A DNA stretch of 64,000 nucleotides from Lachnospiraceae bacterium (GCA_024696945.1 JAILGF010000196.1:8918-72917), one strand, 5' to 3'. Numbered from the stretch's first letter, positions 10,653 through 20,085 are shown. Notes: generated by a model not told the origin, from the letters alone. Made by a program: numbers and translations.

Positions 10653-11363
10653 ATGAGCGTACCTACACCGCATAACAATGCAAAACTTGGAGACATCGCT
10701 AAAACCGTTCTTATGCCGGGAGATCCTTTGAGAGCTAAATTCATTGCTGAAAACTTTCTGGAGAATCCGGTATGCTTCAATACAGTAAGAAATATGCTTG
10801 GTTTCACCGGAACATATAACGGAAAACCAATCTCAGTCATGGGCGGCGGAATGGGAATGCCGTCGGTCGGTATTTATACCTATGAGTTATATAATTTTTA
10901 CGATGTTGAAAACATCATCCGTATCGGATCGATGGGAGCATATGCCGATTCGATAAAGCTCGGAGACCTGGTTATAGCAATGGGAGCCTGTACGGATTCG
11001 GATTACGTTAAGACCTTTAATCTTCCGGGACATTATGCACCGATATGTGATTACGGTCTGCTCAGGAAGGCTGTTGACACGGCCGATAGACTCGGGATAA
11101 AGACAGTTGTCGGAAACGTTATTTCTACAGATGTTTTCTACAGTGACGATCCCGAATTTAACAGCAAATGGCGTAAGATGGGTGTTTTAGGTGTTGAAAT
11201 GGAGGCAGCCTGCTTCTATATGAACGCAGCCCGTTACGGAAAGAAAGCACTTTGCATGTGTTCCGTATCCGATCATATATTCAGGAACGAGGCTCTATCC
11301 GCTGAAGAACGCCAGACCGGCTTCCGTGATATGATGAAGGTTGCACTTGAAGCATTTGCATAA
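10653..11363 (+). CDS. deoD: Purine nucleoside phosphorylase, DeoD type
   Basis: TPHNNAKLGDIAKTVLMPGDPLRAKFIAENFLE...GFTGTYNGKPISVMGGGMGMPSVGIYTYEL and GVEMEAA are classic hexameric PNP (DeoD) signatures. A GAAGGA SD is present. Confidence 0.92.
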   Translation: MSVPTPHNNAKLGDIAKTVLMPGDPLRAKFIAENFLENPVCFNTVRNMLGFTGTYNGKPISVMGGGMGMPSVGIYTYELYNFYDVENIIRIGSMGAYADSIKLGDLVIAMGACTDSDYVKTFNLPGHYAPICDYGLLRKAVDTADRLGIKTVVGNVISTDVFYSDDPEFNSKWRKMGVLGVEMEAACFYMNAARYGKKALCMCSVSDHIFRNEALSAEERQTGFRDMMKVALEAFA

Positions 11364-11380
11364 TACTTAAAAGATATACG

Positions 11381-11412
11381 GGACGGTTTCGGTCGATCTG
11401 CCGAGACCGTCC
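11381..11412 (+). terminator. Hairpin after deoD
   Basis: GGACGGTTTCGG (11381-11392) pairs with CCGAGACCGTCC (11401-11412), 12 bp including one G-U pair, around an 8-nt loop. There is no clear U-tract. Confidence 0.45.
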
Positions 11413-11415
11413 TAA

Positions 11416-11634
11416 TACTATGTTATTCCTTCGGCAGTATTCCTTGAGGCTTTCTTAAGTTTTGTGGGACTTGGAATGCCGCCCGGAACGTGCTCGCTCG
11501 GAACGCTTCTTTCCGACGGCTTTAAAAATGTACTGATGCATCCCTATCAGTTGATCCCGGCCGCTATCATGATGGTATTGATAATGGTTGGAAGCCATCT
11601 TGTGGCTGAGGGGCTCAAGAAAGCGACTGAATAA
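11416..11634 (+). pseudogene. Relic C-terminal fragment of an oligopeptide/dipeptide ABC permease (OppC/DppC-like)
   Basis: My own translation of the stop-to-stop frame gives YYVIPSAVFLEAFLSFVGLGMPPGTCSLGTLLSDGFKNVLMHPYQLIPAAIMMVLIMVGSHLVAEGLKKATE*. This matches the conserved C-terminus of binding-protein-dependent peptide permeases (SFLGLG..P...WG.ml..). It has no start codon, no upstream remainder and no partner opp genes. Confidence 0.7.
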
Positions 11635-11649
11635 GTATTAAAACAAAGA

Positions 11650-11681
11650 CGGTCGATTATGGGCAATTCCATGATTGACCG
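11650..11681 (+). terminator. Hairpin downstream of the permease relic (possible leftover terminator)
   Basis: CGGTCGATTATGG (11650-11662) pairs with CCATGATTGACCG (11669-11681), 13 bp including two G-U pairs. There is no U-tract. Confidence 0.3.
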
Positions 11682-11727
11682 CTATGCACGGACAAATGTA
11701 TTATTTTGTAATTTTACGAAAAACATA

Positions 11728-11756
11728 TTGACATCCCGGATACGTTGTGATATCAT
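11728..11756 (+). promoter_or_regulatory. Promoter of the lysine-riboswitch/dapAB transcript
   Basis: Perfect -35 TTGACA (11728-11733), 17-nt spacer ending in TGA, -10 TATCAT (11751-11756). It sits just upstream of the L-box. Confidence 0.6.
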
Positions 11757-11764
11757 AGCGCTTG

Positions 11765-11935
11765 TTTGGTAGAGGTGCATCGATTATCAGTAGCTTATCC
11801 GACGTGTCAGGCATGTATGAGGATAAGGGAAAGGATGAGATGCCGAAATCCGTTCCGACCTTGATAGGAGCGGGTTGGTTTGGAAGTTAAGAGCTTCCCG
11901 ACTGTCATCAATAATTGATGGAGCGCTACCTAAAG
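11765..11935 (+). promoter_or_regulatory. Lysine riboswitch (L-box) aptamer
   Basis: Conserved L-box blocks appear in the right order: GGTAGAGGTGCATCG...CAGTAG...GGGAAAGG...TGCCGAAA...GACTGTCA...TGGAGCGCTACC. A P1 stem GGTAG/CTACC closes the aptamer. It lies upstream of the lysine-pathway genes dapA and dapB. Confidence 0.8.
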
Positions 11936-11975
11936 TAACTATCAGCCGGTATAACGGTTTTTGAGATTGTACTTT

Positions 11976-12006
11976 AGCGTCGATGTCCATCGGCGCTTTT
12001 CTTTTT
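11976..12006 (+). terminator. Riboswitch expression-platform terminator
   Basis: AGCGTCGAT (11976-11984) pairs with ATCGGCGCT (11989-11997) and is followed by TTTCTTTTT. It lies 50 nt before the dapA start. Confidence 0.7.
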
Positions 12007-12055
12007 GAAGAGTGTCGGAATAACTGATTTTTTATAAAAGGAAAGGAAAAAGAGT

Positions 12056-12952
12056 ATGAGTAAGAAAGTAATCTTTACAGGTGCGGCAGTAGCAATAATC
12101 ACCCCTATGAACGAGGACAAAAGCGTTAATTATGAGGAATTTAAGAAGCTTATTGATTTCCAGATCGAAAACGGAACCGATGCCATAGTTGTTTGCGGTA
12201 CTACCGGCGAGGCATCAACTCTTTCACATGAAGAGCATATCGATTGCATTAAATTTGTCGCTGAATATGTAAATAAGAGAGTACCCGTTATTGCAGGCAC
12301 AGGCTCGAATTGTACCGAAACAGCTATATATCTTTCAAAAGAGGCTGAGGCAGCAGGTGTTGATGCTCTGCTCCTGGTTTCACCTTACTACAACAAGGCA
12401 ACTCAGAAGGGCCTTATCGAGCATTTCGGACAGACTGCGGAGGCTGTAAATATTCCTATTATTCTTTATAATATTCCCGGAAGGACCGGTGTTAATATTC
12501 TTCCCGAAACAGTTAAGACTCTGGTTGACAGATATGAGAATATCGTAGCTGTTAAGGACGCTACCGGAAATATCGGATGGACAGCTAAGGTTGCACAGCT
12601 CTGCGGTGATGATCTTGCTATCTATTCAGGTGATGACAATTGCATATGTCCGGTTCTTTCACTCGGCGGAAAGGGTGTTATCTCCGTTCTTTCGCATGTT
12701 GCACCTCGCGATACACATCTGATCGTTGAAAAGTATCTTAACGGAGATACCAAGGGAAGCCTGGAGCTCCAGTTAAAATATCTGCCTATGGTTGAGCAGC
12801 TGTTCTGTGAGGTTAATCCTATTCCCGTTAAGACCGCATGCAGATTTATGGGCTTTAAGACAGGTCCCCTTCGTGCACCTCTTTGTGAGATGGAGCCTGC
12901 ACATGCAGAAAACCTCAAGGCAGAAATGAAGAAGCTCGGTATTATAGACTGA
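12056..12952 (+). CDS. dapA: 4-hydroxy-tetrahydrodipicolinate synthase
   Basis: GAAVAIITPM...DAIVVCGTTGEASTLSHEEH...PVIAGTGSN...YYNK...YNIPGRTG...AVKDATGN is the canonical DapA pattern, including the Schiff-base Lys in VKDA. Confidence 0.95.
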   Translation: MSKKVIFTGAAVAIITPMNEDKSVNYEEFKKLIDFQIENGTDAIVVCGTTGEASTLSHEEHIDCIKFVAEYVNKRVPVIAGTGSNCTETAIYLSKEAEAAGVDALLLVSPYYNKATQKGLIEHFGQTAEAVNIPIILYNIPGRTGVNILPETVKTLVDRYENIVAVKDATGNIGWTAKVAQLCGDDLAIYSGDDNCICPVLSLGGKGVISVLSHVAPRDTHLIVEKYLNGDTKGSLELQLKYLPMVEQLFCEVNPIPVKTACRFMGFKTGPLRAPLCEMEPAHAENLKAEMKKLGIID

Positions 12953-12969
12953 AAAGTGAGGTATTAATT

Positions 12970-13722
12970 ATGGTCAGAGTTATATTTTGTGGCTGCTACG
13001 GACGTATGGGAAATGCTGTACGCCAGATAATAAAAGATGAAGCAGATATGGAAATAGTTGCAGGTGTTGATATAATGGACGGTACCGCTGAGTTCCCCGT
13101 ATATAAAACTATCGCGGATGTTAAGGAAGAAGCAGATGTCATTATAGATTTTTCTTCTCCTAAGGCTCTTACATCCTTGATCGATCACGCTACTGCTAAG
13201 AATCTTCCGATAGTTCTCTGTACTACGGGCTTTTCGGAGGAACAGCTTGGGGAGATAAAGAAGGCATCCGAAAAGGTTGCCATACTCCGTTCAGCGAATA
13301 TGTCATTAGGTATCAATACGCTTGTTAAGCTTTTGAGGACTGCAACGGAAATACTGGCAAACAACGGTTATGATATCGAGATCGTTGAACGACATCATAA
13401 TCAGAAGAAGGATGCTCCCTCCGGAACGGCACTTCTCCTTGCCGATGCAATAAATAAAACTGCTGACGGAAAATACGAATATGTATATGACCGTTCCGAA
13501 AGACGCGAGGTAAGGCCTAAGAATGAGATAGGTATATCGGCTGTCCGCGGCGGAAGCATTGTTGGCGACCATGAGGTAATATTTGCAGGACTTGACGAGG
13601 TTATAGAGATAAGCCACAGGGCATATTCAAGAAGCGTCTTTGCAAAAGGTGCGGTGAGTGCTGCGGCATATCTTGCAGGCAAGCCTGCCGGAATGTATGA
13701 TATGAGCGATGTTGTCGGATGA
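12970..13722 (+). CDS. dapB: 4-hydroxy-tetrahydrodipicolinate reductase
   Basis: N-terminal Rossmann motif GCYGRMG and the conserved ERHHNQKKDAPSGTA and RGGSIVGDHEVIF blocks of DapB. It starts 17 nt after dapA. Confidence 0.95.
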   Translation: MVRVIFCGCYGRMGNAVRQIIKDEADMEIVAGVDIMDGTAEFPVYKTIADVKEEADVIIDFSSPKALTSLIDHATAKNLPIVLCTTGFSEEQLGEIKKASEKVAILRSANMSLGINTLVKLLRTATEILANNGYDIEIVERHHNQKKDAPSGTALLLADAINKTADGKYEYVYDRSERREVRPKNEIGISAVRGGSIVGDHEVIFAGLDEVIEISHRAYSRSVFAKGAVSAAAYLAGKPAGMYDMSDVVG

Positions 13723-13726
13723 TAAA

Positions 13727-13758
13727 AAATGGCGATGAGTGATCATCGCCATTTTGCG
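13727..13758 (+). terminator. Intrinsic terminator after dapB
   Basis: AAATGGCGATGA (13727-13738) pairs perfectly with TCATCGCCATTT (13743-13754) around a 4-nt loop, followed by T residues. Confidence 0.75.
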
Positions 13759-13810
13759 CTAAGCGGAGTTTAATAAAAGGCTTGATCAGCCTTAGAAAAG
13801 AGGTACGGTT

Positions 13811-14161
13811 TTGGGAAAAAAGACGGAGAGAAAAGAACTGGTAATGTGTGTAAGCAATTCATATACACAAAAGTATTATCTGGATAAGAAGTTTGAGAAG
13901 CTGCCCAAGGATGTAAAGGATGAGCTGAAGATACTCTGTGTACTCTATACCGAAGAGGTTGGAGGGATATTCACCATGATGTTTGATGAGGACGGAGAGC
14001 TTCAGCTTATCTCATCGTGCGATGAAGGCGACCTTCTGTATGACGATATAGGCAGCGAATTGCTGATAAAGAAGATGAGGACCCATAAGCAGGAGCTTTT
14101 TGAGAGCTTGGAAAAGTTCTACAGGGTATTTGTTATGGGTGAAAGCATAGGATCGGAATGA
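13811..14161 (+). CDS. Small acidic cytoplasmic protein, function unknown
   Basis: 116-aa ORF with a TTG start 7 nt after an AAAGAGG SD (alternative ATG at 13844). It has coding-like composition and no recognisable motif. Confidence 0.5.
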   Translation: MGKKTERKELVMCVSNSYTQKYYLDKKFEKLPKDVKDELKILCVLYTEEVGGIFTMMFDEDGELQLISSCDEGDLLYDDIGSELLIKKMRTHKQELFESLEKFYRVFVMGESIGSE

Positions 14162-14255
14162 TGAATCTGACATGATCCGGGAGGAAGGCATACAGAGTAG
14201 AAAAAATACACAAAATATTACATGAAAACTACGAAAATGTTTAGTAAAATTGAGA

Positions 14256-14284
14256 TTGACACCAAACCTTGCAGGTGGTATATT
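14256..14284 (+). promoter_or_regulatory. Putative extended -10 promoter for the VanW-family gene
   Basis: -35 TTGACA (14256-14261), 17-nt spacer ending in TGG, -10 TATATT (14279-14284). Confidence 0.5.
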
Positions 14285-14356
14285 TATTCTGACAAAAATT
14301 GACTTATATTATCAAGCCGGAGAGATTAAAATGATCCGGCAGATCGGAATAGATAT

Positions 14357-16141
14357 ATGAGAAAGCAAAACGACAACAGAGGACGTTTGATCCTCACGGG
14401 AGTATTATCTCTGATAGCATTTGCACTTGTTCTGGTGCTCTGCTTTCAACATAATGTATTTGGAACCGGCGGTGAGGAGCCCGTTTCCGCACAGGACAGC
14501 AGCGACAGCGACTCAACTAAGGCCGGCCAATCTGTAAGTTCTTCCACATCCGATAATGATACCGTACAGCCTGAACCGGATAAAGAATTCAAGTTTGCTT
14601 CAGGCTATACCATAAACGGAGTGGACGTTTCGGGAAAGAAGCTTTCTGAAGTACAGGAAGCACTTATCGAAGCCGAAGGAGAGGATCCCAAGGCTAAGGT
14701 TAAGGTAACGTTCATGGTAGGAGAAGAAAAGGTTGAGGCTGATACAAGCAGTCTTCTCTTTGACAACAATCTTACTCAGATCATAAGCGATGCACAAAAG
14801 GCCAGTGAAGCAGGCGATACGGGAAATACCACTTATACATCGGCGTGGACCGTTCAACCCGATTCGGTTGATGCCTTTGTACATAATAATCTAGATGCAT
14901 TTGCAAAGGACCCTGTAGAGGCTTATGCTAGCGGATTTGATACCGAAAATCTCGTATTTATCATTGAAGAATCCGAAAACGGTACGGCTGTTGATTTTGA
15001 CAAGGCTGAGGATCTGGTAGCAGAGGCTCTGAACAAGGGCAAGTACCAGGTTGAGGTTCAGGTTGAGACATCGGTACTCGAGCCGAAGAACACTGCCGAG
15101 TTTATGAGGGGCTATCTTTGCAAGGTTTCTTCAACAACCTCCACCACTACATCATCCTCTAACAGAAATACAAACATAAGACTTGTATGTGAGAAGCTGA
15201 ACGGACTTGTATTACAGCCCGGCGAGCAGTTTGATTTTAATAAGTATATAGGCCAGCGTACACCTGAGGCAGGATTTAAGGAAGCCGGCGGAATATATGA
15301 CGGAAAGCTTATCCAGGAATACGGCGGTGGAATCTGTCAGGCAAATGCCATGATCTATCACAGTGTGACAAAAGCCGACCTTCAGGTTGACTCGAGAACG
15401 GCACATACCTGGCCGAGCGATTACGTTGAAACAGGAACAGATGCTACTGTTTCATGGGGCGGACCTGAATTCAGGTTTACTAACAGTTCCGATTATCCTA
15501 TTGCTCTCCATGCATATTACTCAAATCAGAAGGTTACGGTTGAAGTTTACGGACGTCCCCTTCCCGACGGTATGACGATCAAGCTTAAGGGCGAGATAGT
15601 TTCAAGAACCGAAGCAAAGGTGGAATACAAAGCCGATTCCGATATGGCACTTGATGAGAGAGTTACCGAAAAGAGTGCGCACGATTCAATAAAGGCAAAG
15701 TCATATAAGGTTTACTATGATGCCGACGGAAATGAGATAAAGAGAGAGGAATATTTCTCGAGCTCCTATCCGATGATAAACAAGGTAGTGCGTGTAGGCA
15801 CCAGAGCAGAGGACGGAACGATCTTCAAGCTTAATAAGGAAACAGGCGAGACAATAGCACCTGAGGGTTATGTACCTCCCACACCTACTCCCGATCCCGA
15901 CGATCCCGAAAATATCGATGACGATGATGAAGGCGACGACGATGAGGATGCCAAGCCTACCAAGAAGCCTAAAAAGGAAAAGAAGGATAAGCAGGAAGAA
16001 CAGGAAGAGCAGGACGAAACACCTACATCAGAGCCTGTCGAGAACGCAGGAGAAACAGGAAGCGGTTCGGAAAATGAAGGAAATACGGAAAACGATCCTC
16101 TTCCGGTAGCAGAACCGGTGGGTCCGGAAAATGAGGACTGA
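14357..16141 (+). CDS. VanW-family protein with G5-like domain and acidic/Lys-rich low-complexity tail
   Basis: N-terminal TM anchor. The VanW core motif GGGICQANAMIYHS and the surrounding AGFKEAGGIYDGKL are present. A G5-like segment KVYYDADGNEIKREEYFSSSYPMINKVVRVGT follows. The C-terminus is PTPTPDPDDPENIDDDDEGDDDEDAKPTKKPKKEKKDKQEEQEEQ. Confidence 0.8.
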   Translation: MRKQNDNRGRLILTGVLSLIAFALVLVLCFQHNVFGTGGEEPVSAQDSSDSDSTKAGQSVSSSTSDNDTVQPEPDKEFKFASGYTINGVDVSGKKLSEVQEALIEAEGEDPKAKVKVTFMVGEEKVEADTSSLLFDNNLTQIISDAQKASEAGDTGNTTYTSAWTVQPDSVDAFVHNNLDAFAKDPVEAYASGFDTENLVFIIEESENGTAVDFDKAEDLVAEALNKGKYQVEVQVETSVLEPKNTAEFMRGYLCKVSSTTSTTTSSSNRNTNIRLVCEKLNGLVLQPGEQFDFNKYIGQRTPEAGFKEAGGIYDGKLIQEYGGGICQANAMIYHSVTKADLQVDSRTAHTWPSDYVETGTDATVSWGGPEFRFTNSSDYPIALHAYYSNQKVTVEVYGRPLPDGMTIKLKGEIVSRTEAKVEYKADSDMALDERVTEKSAHDSIKAKSYKVYYDADGNEIKREEYFSSSYPMINKVVRVGTRAEDGTIFKLNKETGETIAPEGYVPPTPTPDPDDPENIDDDDEGDDDEDAKPTKKPKKEKKDKQEEQEEQDETPTSEPVENAGETGSGSENEGNTENDPLPVAEPVGPENED

Positions 16142-16184
16142 GAACAAGAAATCATAATAATATTTTAGAACAGGAGCGTGGCTC

Positions 16185-17198
16185 GTGCAGACAGATATCA
16201 GGAAACTGTTTGAAATCAATAAAAGATTAATAGAAGCAGTGGACAGAGCTGTCTGCTTTTTTAGAACGGGAATGTATGACCGGGCATTAGAATGTGTTGC
16301 GGATACAGCCGGAGCCATTAACTATGTTACAGATGCAGTCATTAAAGACCGTGATTTTTTTGATACCATCTCGACGGATTGCATCGGGGAAATGCTCGAA
16401 TCTGTGGTAAACGCAACAAGGAGTAAGGATTACACGCTTTTGGCCGATCTGTACGATATGCAGGTTGCATCGTTTGTCTGCGGTATTCAGGAGCACATCT
16501 TAAGCAGGGAGCAGTTTTTATTCTTTGATCCCGAAAAATTCAAGGAAAATATCGGAGCCATGAAGGCCGTTCTTCGCGAAATGATAGAAGAACGGGAAGA
16601 TTTTAGTCCGGATGCCCAAAAGAGGTTCAGGGTAAATCTGAACGCTAAGCTGGACGAGATGCTTGAGCCGGAAGTACTGATAAAAAAAGGCTTTAACATG
16701 GAATTTACTTCAAGCGGGTTCATGACCATGAGTGCACCGTTTGGCAGCGGAAGAAGCATTTATCTCCATTCAAACGGCAGAGTTATAAGCGAAAGCCTTC
16801 AGCTGGCGCTGTCATGGTTCGATCCGGTTGTGGATGAATACATCGTAGTCGGTTTCGGTATGGGTTATCATGTTGAGGAGCTTTCAAAACTTGCCCCTTC
16901 AAAAAGGATAATCGTTTATGAGAGTGACCTTGATGTTTTAAGGCTGTATTGTGCTTTCTGCGGTGATTCGGAGCTCCTTACAAGAGAAAATGTTTTCATA
17001 GTATATGACAGCGATATGTCAGTGCTTGAACGGCGCCTTTACGGTACCGAACCTTCGGATGGCGGGAAATATGTATTTATGTCGGATGAAGGGAAAGTGG
17101 TAAAGCTCTGCATTCACTATCCGTCGTACAGAAGAAGCCCGGGATGCCGTGCGGTAGATGCTGCACTTCCCTGGAGAAAAGCGGTGGAAAGTATTTAA
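16185..17198 (+). CDS. Hypothetical protein (possible Rossmann-like G-x-G-x-G segment)
   Basis: GTG start 8 nt after an AGGAG SD. The only suggestive feature is IVVGFGMGYHVEELSK...IIVYESD, which is reminiscent of a nucleotide- or SAM-binding loop. I could not assign a family. Confidence 0.45.
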   Translation: MQTDIRKLFEINKRLIEAVDRAVCFFRTGMYDRALECVADTAGAINYVTDAVIKDRDFFDTISTDCIGEMLESVVNATRSKDYTLLADLYDMQVASFVCGIQEHILSREQFLFFDPEKFKENIGAMKAVLREMIEEREDFSPDAQKRFRVNLNAKLDEMLEPEVLIKKGFNMEFTSSGFMTMSAPFGSGRSIYLHSNGRVISESLQLALSWFDPVVDEYIVVGFGMGYHVEELSKLAPSKRIIVYESDLDVLRLYCAFCGDSELLTRENVFIVYDSDMSVLERRLYGTEPSDGGKYVFMSDEGKVVKLCIHYPSYRRSPGCRAVDAALPWRKAVESI

Positions 17199-17221
17199 GA
17201 TAAGATAAAGGGGTATATCGT

Positions 17222-18160
17222 ATGAATGATGAGTATTCGGTAGTACTGAGTAAGCTTGTTGATAAAATGAAGCTGGAGAACTGTACTCCTGAAATAGATA
17301 CGGGTAAGATATTCATTAACAAACCCGACATTAACCGTCCTGCACTTCAGCTGGCAGGGTTTATGGAGGACTTTGATAACGAGAGGATCCAGATCATAGG
17401 AAACGTTGAGCATTCCTATATGCTGAAGCAGGATAACCGCGAAGAGATCTATGACCGGTTTTTATCAAGCGGTATTCCCTGCGTAATTTTCTGCAACGGT
17501 TTTACTCTGGAGCCTTCCCTTATAGAGTCGGCCATTAAGTACCAGGTTCCTCTGCTAAGAACGGGAAAGACAACATCCTCGCTTATGGCTGAGGTTATAA
17601 GATGGCTTAATGTTGAATTGGCACCTACCATGACGATACACGGGGTATTGGTTGATGTATACGGCGAAGGTATCCTTATCACAGGAGAGAGTGGAATAGG
17701 AAAATCCGAAGCTGCGCTTGAGCTTATCAAAAGAGGTCATCGTCTTATAAGCGATGACGTTGTTGAAATAAAGAAGGTAAGCGATGACACGCTTGTGGGA
17801 ACGTCACCCGAAATGACGAGGCATTTCATAGAACTGAGGGGTATAGGGATTATCGACGTAAAGACCCTTTTCGGTGTTGAAAGCGTTAAGAATACCGGAA
17901 CCATAGACCTTGTTATCAATCTTGAGGATTGGGACAGGGAGAAGGAATATGACAGGATGGGTCTTGAGGAACATTATGTCAACTATCTTGGAAACAATGT
18001 AGTATGCCACAATATCCCCATCAGACCCGGACGTAATCTGGCGATCATCTGTGAGGCAGCCGCTGTCAACTGTAGACAGAAGAAGATGGGATACAATGCT
18101 GCACAGACTCTGTATGAGAGAGCCGTTGCAAACATTAACGGCGTAAAACCTACCGTATAG
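17222..18160 (+). CDS. hprK: HPr kinase/phosphorylase
   Basis: HGVLVDVYGEGILITGESGIGKSEAALELIKRGHRLISDDVVEI (Walker A GESGIGKS) and ELRGIGIIDV are diagnostic HprK motifs. Confidence 0.95.
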   Translation: MNDEYSVVLSKLVDKMKLENCTPEIDTGKIFINKPDINRPALQLAGFMEDFDNERIQIIGNVEHSYMLKQDNREEIYDRFLSSGIPCVIFCNGFTLEPSLIESAIKYQVPLLRTGKTTSSLMAEVIRWLNVELAPTMTIHGVLVDVYGEGILITGESGIGKSEAALELIKRGHRLISDDVVEIKKVSDDTLVGTSPEMTRHFIELRGIGIIDVKTLFGVESVKNTGTIDLVINLEDWDREKEYDRMGLEEHYVNYLGNNVVCHNIPIRPGRNLAIICEAAAVNCRQKKMGYNAAQTLYERAVANINGVKPTV

Positions 18161-18182
18161 TAAAACCGTAAGGAGACTAAAC

Positions 18183-19133
18183 ATGAAATACTGCTTTGGA
18201 GTGGATATAGGCGGAACTACAATAAAAATGGGACTTTTTACTTCTGAGGGAGAGCTGCTTGAGAAGTGGGAAATACCTACAAGACGCGAAAACGGCGGAG
18301 AAAAGGTACCCGGAGATATTGCTGATTCCATTAATCAAAAATGTGACGAGAAGCATATAGATAAAAAGGATGTGGTGGGAGCCGGAGTAGGTGTTCCCGG
18401 TCCCGTTACCGGCGACGGCATGGTTATGAAATGTGCAAATCTCGGTTGGGATATATTTAATGTTAACGAGAAAATGTCATCTCTTACCGGCCTTAAGTGT
18501 ACCGCACTTAATGACGCAAATGCCGCTGCTTTGGGAGAACTTTGGAGAGGAAGCGCAAAGGGACTTAAAAACATGGTATTTGTTACCTTGGGAACCGGTG
18601 TCGGTGGCGGAATCGTAATCGACGGAAACATAATACACGGTATCCACGGCGGTGGCGGTGAGATAGGTCATATAGTTGTCAATTCGTCCGAAGAAGCGAT
18701 ATGCGGATGCGGAGGACACGGACATCTGGAGCAATATGCATCGGCGACCGGAATAGTCCGCATAGCAAGGAAAAAGCTCAAGGAAGACGGATGCGAAACC
18801 GTTCTTAAGGACAGCGATGACTTAAGCTGCAAGGACATCTTTGATGCTGCAAAAGCAGGAGACAGTGTGGCAGCCGGATTGGTTGATACCATGTGCGCAT
18901 ATCTGGCTCAGGCCCTGTCGGGAGTGGGAGCAACCTGCGACCCCGAAGCATATGTAATCGGCGGCGGAGTTTCAAAAGCCGGTGAGATCATTACCGAAAC
19001 AGTTAAAAAGCATTTCTTTGCCAACAATATGAACGTACTGAAAAGTGCTGAATTTAAGCTTGCCTGCCTCGGTAACGATGCCGGTATTTACGGAGCGGCT
19101 TATATGAGTATCTGCTCACAGACAAAAGCTTAA
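18183..19133 (+). CDS. glcK: ROK-family glucokinase
   Basis: N-terminal GVDIGGTTIKMGLF ATP-binding motif and the ROK zinc motif GEIGHIVVNSSEEAICGCGGHGHLEQYAS. Confidence 0.88.
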   Translation: MKYCFGVDIGGTTIKMGLFTSEGELLEKWEIPTRRENGGEKVPGDIADSINQKCDEKHIDKKDVVGAGVGVPGPVTGDGMVMKCANLGWDIFNVNEKMSSLTGLKCTALNDANAAALGELWRGSAKGLKNMVFVTLGTGVGGGIVIDGNIIHGIHGGGGEIGHIVVNSSEEAICGCGGHGHLEQYASATGIVRIARKKLKEDGCETVLKDSDDLSCKDIFDAAKAGDSVAAGLVDTMCAYLAQALSGVGATCDPEAYVIGGGVSKAGEIITETVKKHFFANNMNVLKSAEFKLACLGNDAGIYGAAYMSICSQTKA

Positions 19134-19152
19134 AGATTGAAGGAGTCGTATT

Positions 19153-20085
19153 TTGGATAGATCAGTTTTTGACAAGCTAAGTAAATGCATAGCTCCGGGA
19201 AGAATAATAGAAAATGCACGTCTTTCGGAGTATACTTCGTTTAAGACCGGAGGCCCTGCAGACATCCTTGTAAAGGTAGGTAATTCGATAGAAATACAGA
19301 GGATCGTGGCTATTGCCAAAGAATCGGACGTTCCCTTCTATGTTATAGGAAACGGGACAAATATGCTTGTTTCCGATGAGGGTTACAGGGGGATAGTTAT
19401 CTGTCTGAGAGAGATGGATAATGACATACGTGCGGAAAAGGCTTCGAACGGTGATTATTGCAGGCTTTCATGCTCGGCCGGCTGTACGCTGGCAAGGCTT
19501 TCCTCGGAAGCTGCCTCCATGGGTTATTCGGGACTTGAGTTTGCCGCAGGGATCCCCGGAAGTGTGGGCGGAGCGGTTGTAATGAATGCAGGAGCCTACG
19601 GCGGAGAGATAAAGGACGTGTTTGAGTATGCCGATGTCCTCGACGAAAACGGGGATGTGATACGTCTTAAAAGAGAGGACATGGACTTCGGATACAGAAA
19701 GAGCATTATACAGGAAAAAGAGTATATAGTTCTGGACGTAATGTTTGTTCTCAAAAAAGGCGAAGAAAACGCCATAAAGGCAGAAATAAAGGAACTTAAC
19801 GAACGCCGCAGGGAAAAACAGCCTTTGGAATATGCAAGTGCCGGCAGTACTTTTAAGAGGCCTGAGGGCCTGTTTGCCGGAAAACTGATAGAGGACGCGG
19901 GATTAAAGGGATTCTCGGTCGGAGATGCGGCCGTTTCCGAAAAACACTGCGGTTTCCTGATCAATAAAGGAAAAGCGACCTCAACTGACATTTATGAGCT
20001 TATCTCACAGGTAATAGAGAAGGTATATGAAAAGTCAGGGGTGGTTCTGGAACCGGAGATAAAGCTTTTGGGGTTTGAAGAATGA
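19153..20085 (+). CDS. murB: UDP-N-acetylenolpyruvoylglucosamine reductase
   Basis: TTG start after an AAGGAG SD. The FAD-binding region SEYTSFKTGGPADILV...VIGNGTNMLVSDEGYRG and the C-terminal GSTFKRP...AGKLIE..GLKG motif are present. Confidence 0.92.
   Translation: MDRSVFDKLSKCIAPGRIIENARLSEYTSFKTGGPADILVKVGNSIEIQRIVAIAKESDVPFYVIGNGTNMLVSDEGYRGIVICLREMDNDIRAEKASNGDYCRLSCSAGCTLARLSSEAASMGYSGLEFAAGIPGSVGGAVVMNAGAYGGEIKDVFEYADVLDENGDVIRLKREDMDFGYRKSIIQEKEYIVLDVMFVLKKGEENAIKAEIKELNERRREKQPLEYASAGSTFKRPEGLFAGKLIEDAGLKGFSVGDAAVSEKHCGFLINKGKATSTDIYELISQVIEKVYEKSGVVLEPEIKLLGFEE

Noticed and set aside
11787-11990. 67-aa minus-strand ORF
   Set aside because: It lies entirely within the lysine riboswitch and is antisense to it. 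The structured RNA explains the region.
17804-18331. 175-aa minus-strand ORF across the hprK/glcK junction
   Set aside because: It is antisense to two well-supported genes and has no recognisable features.
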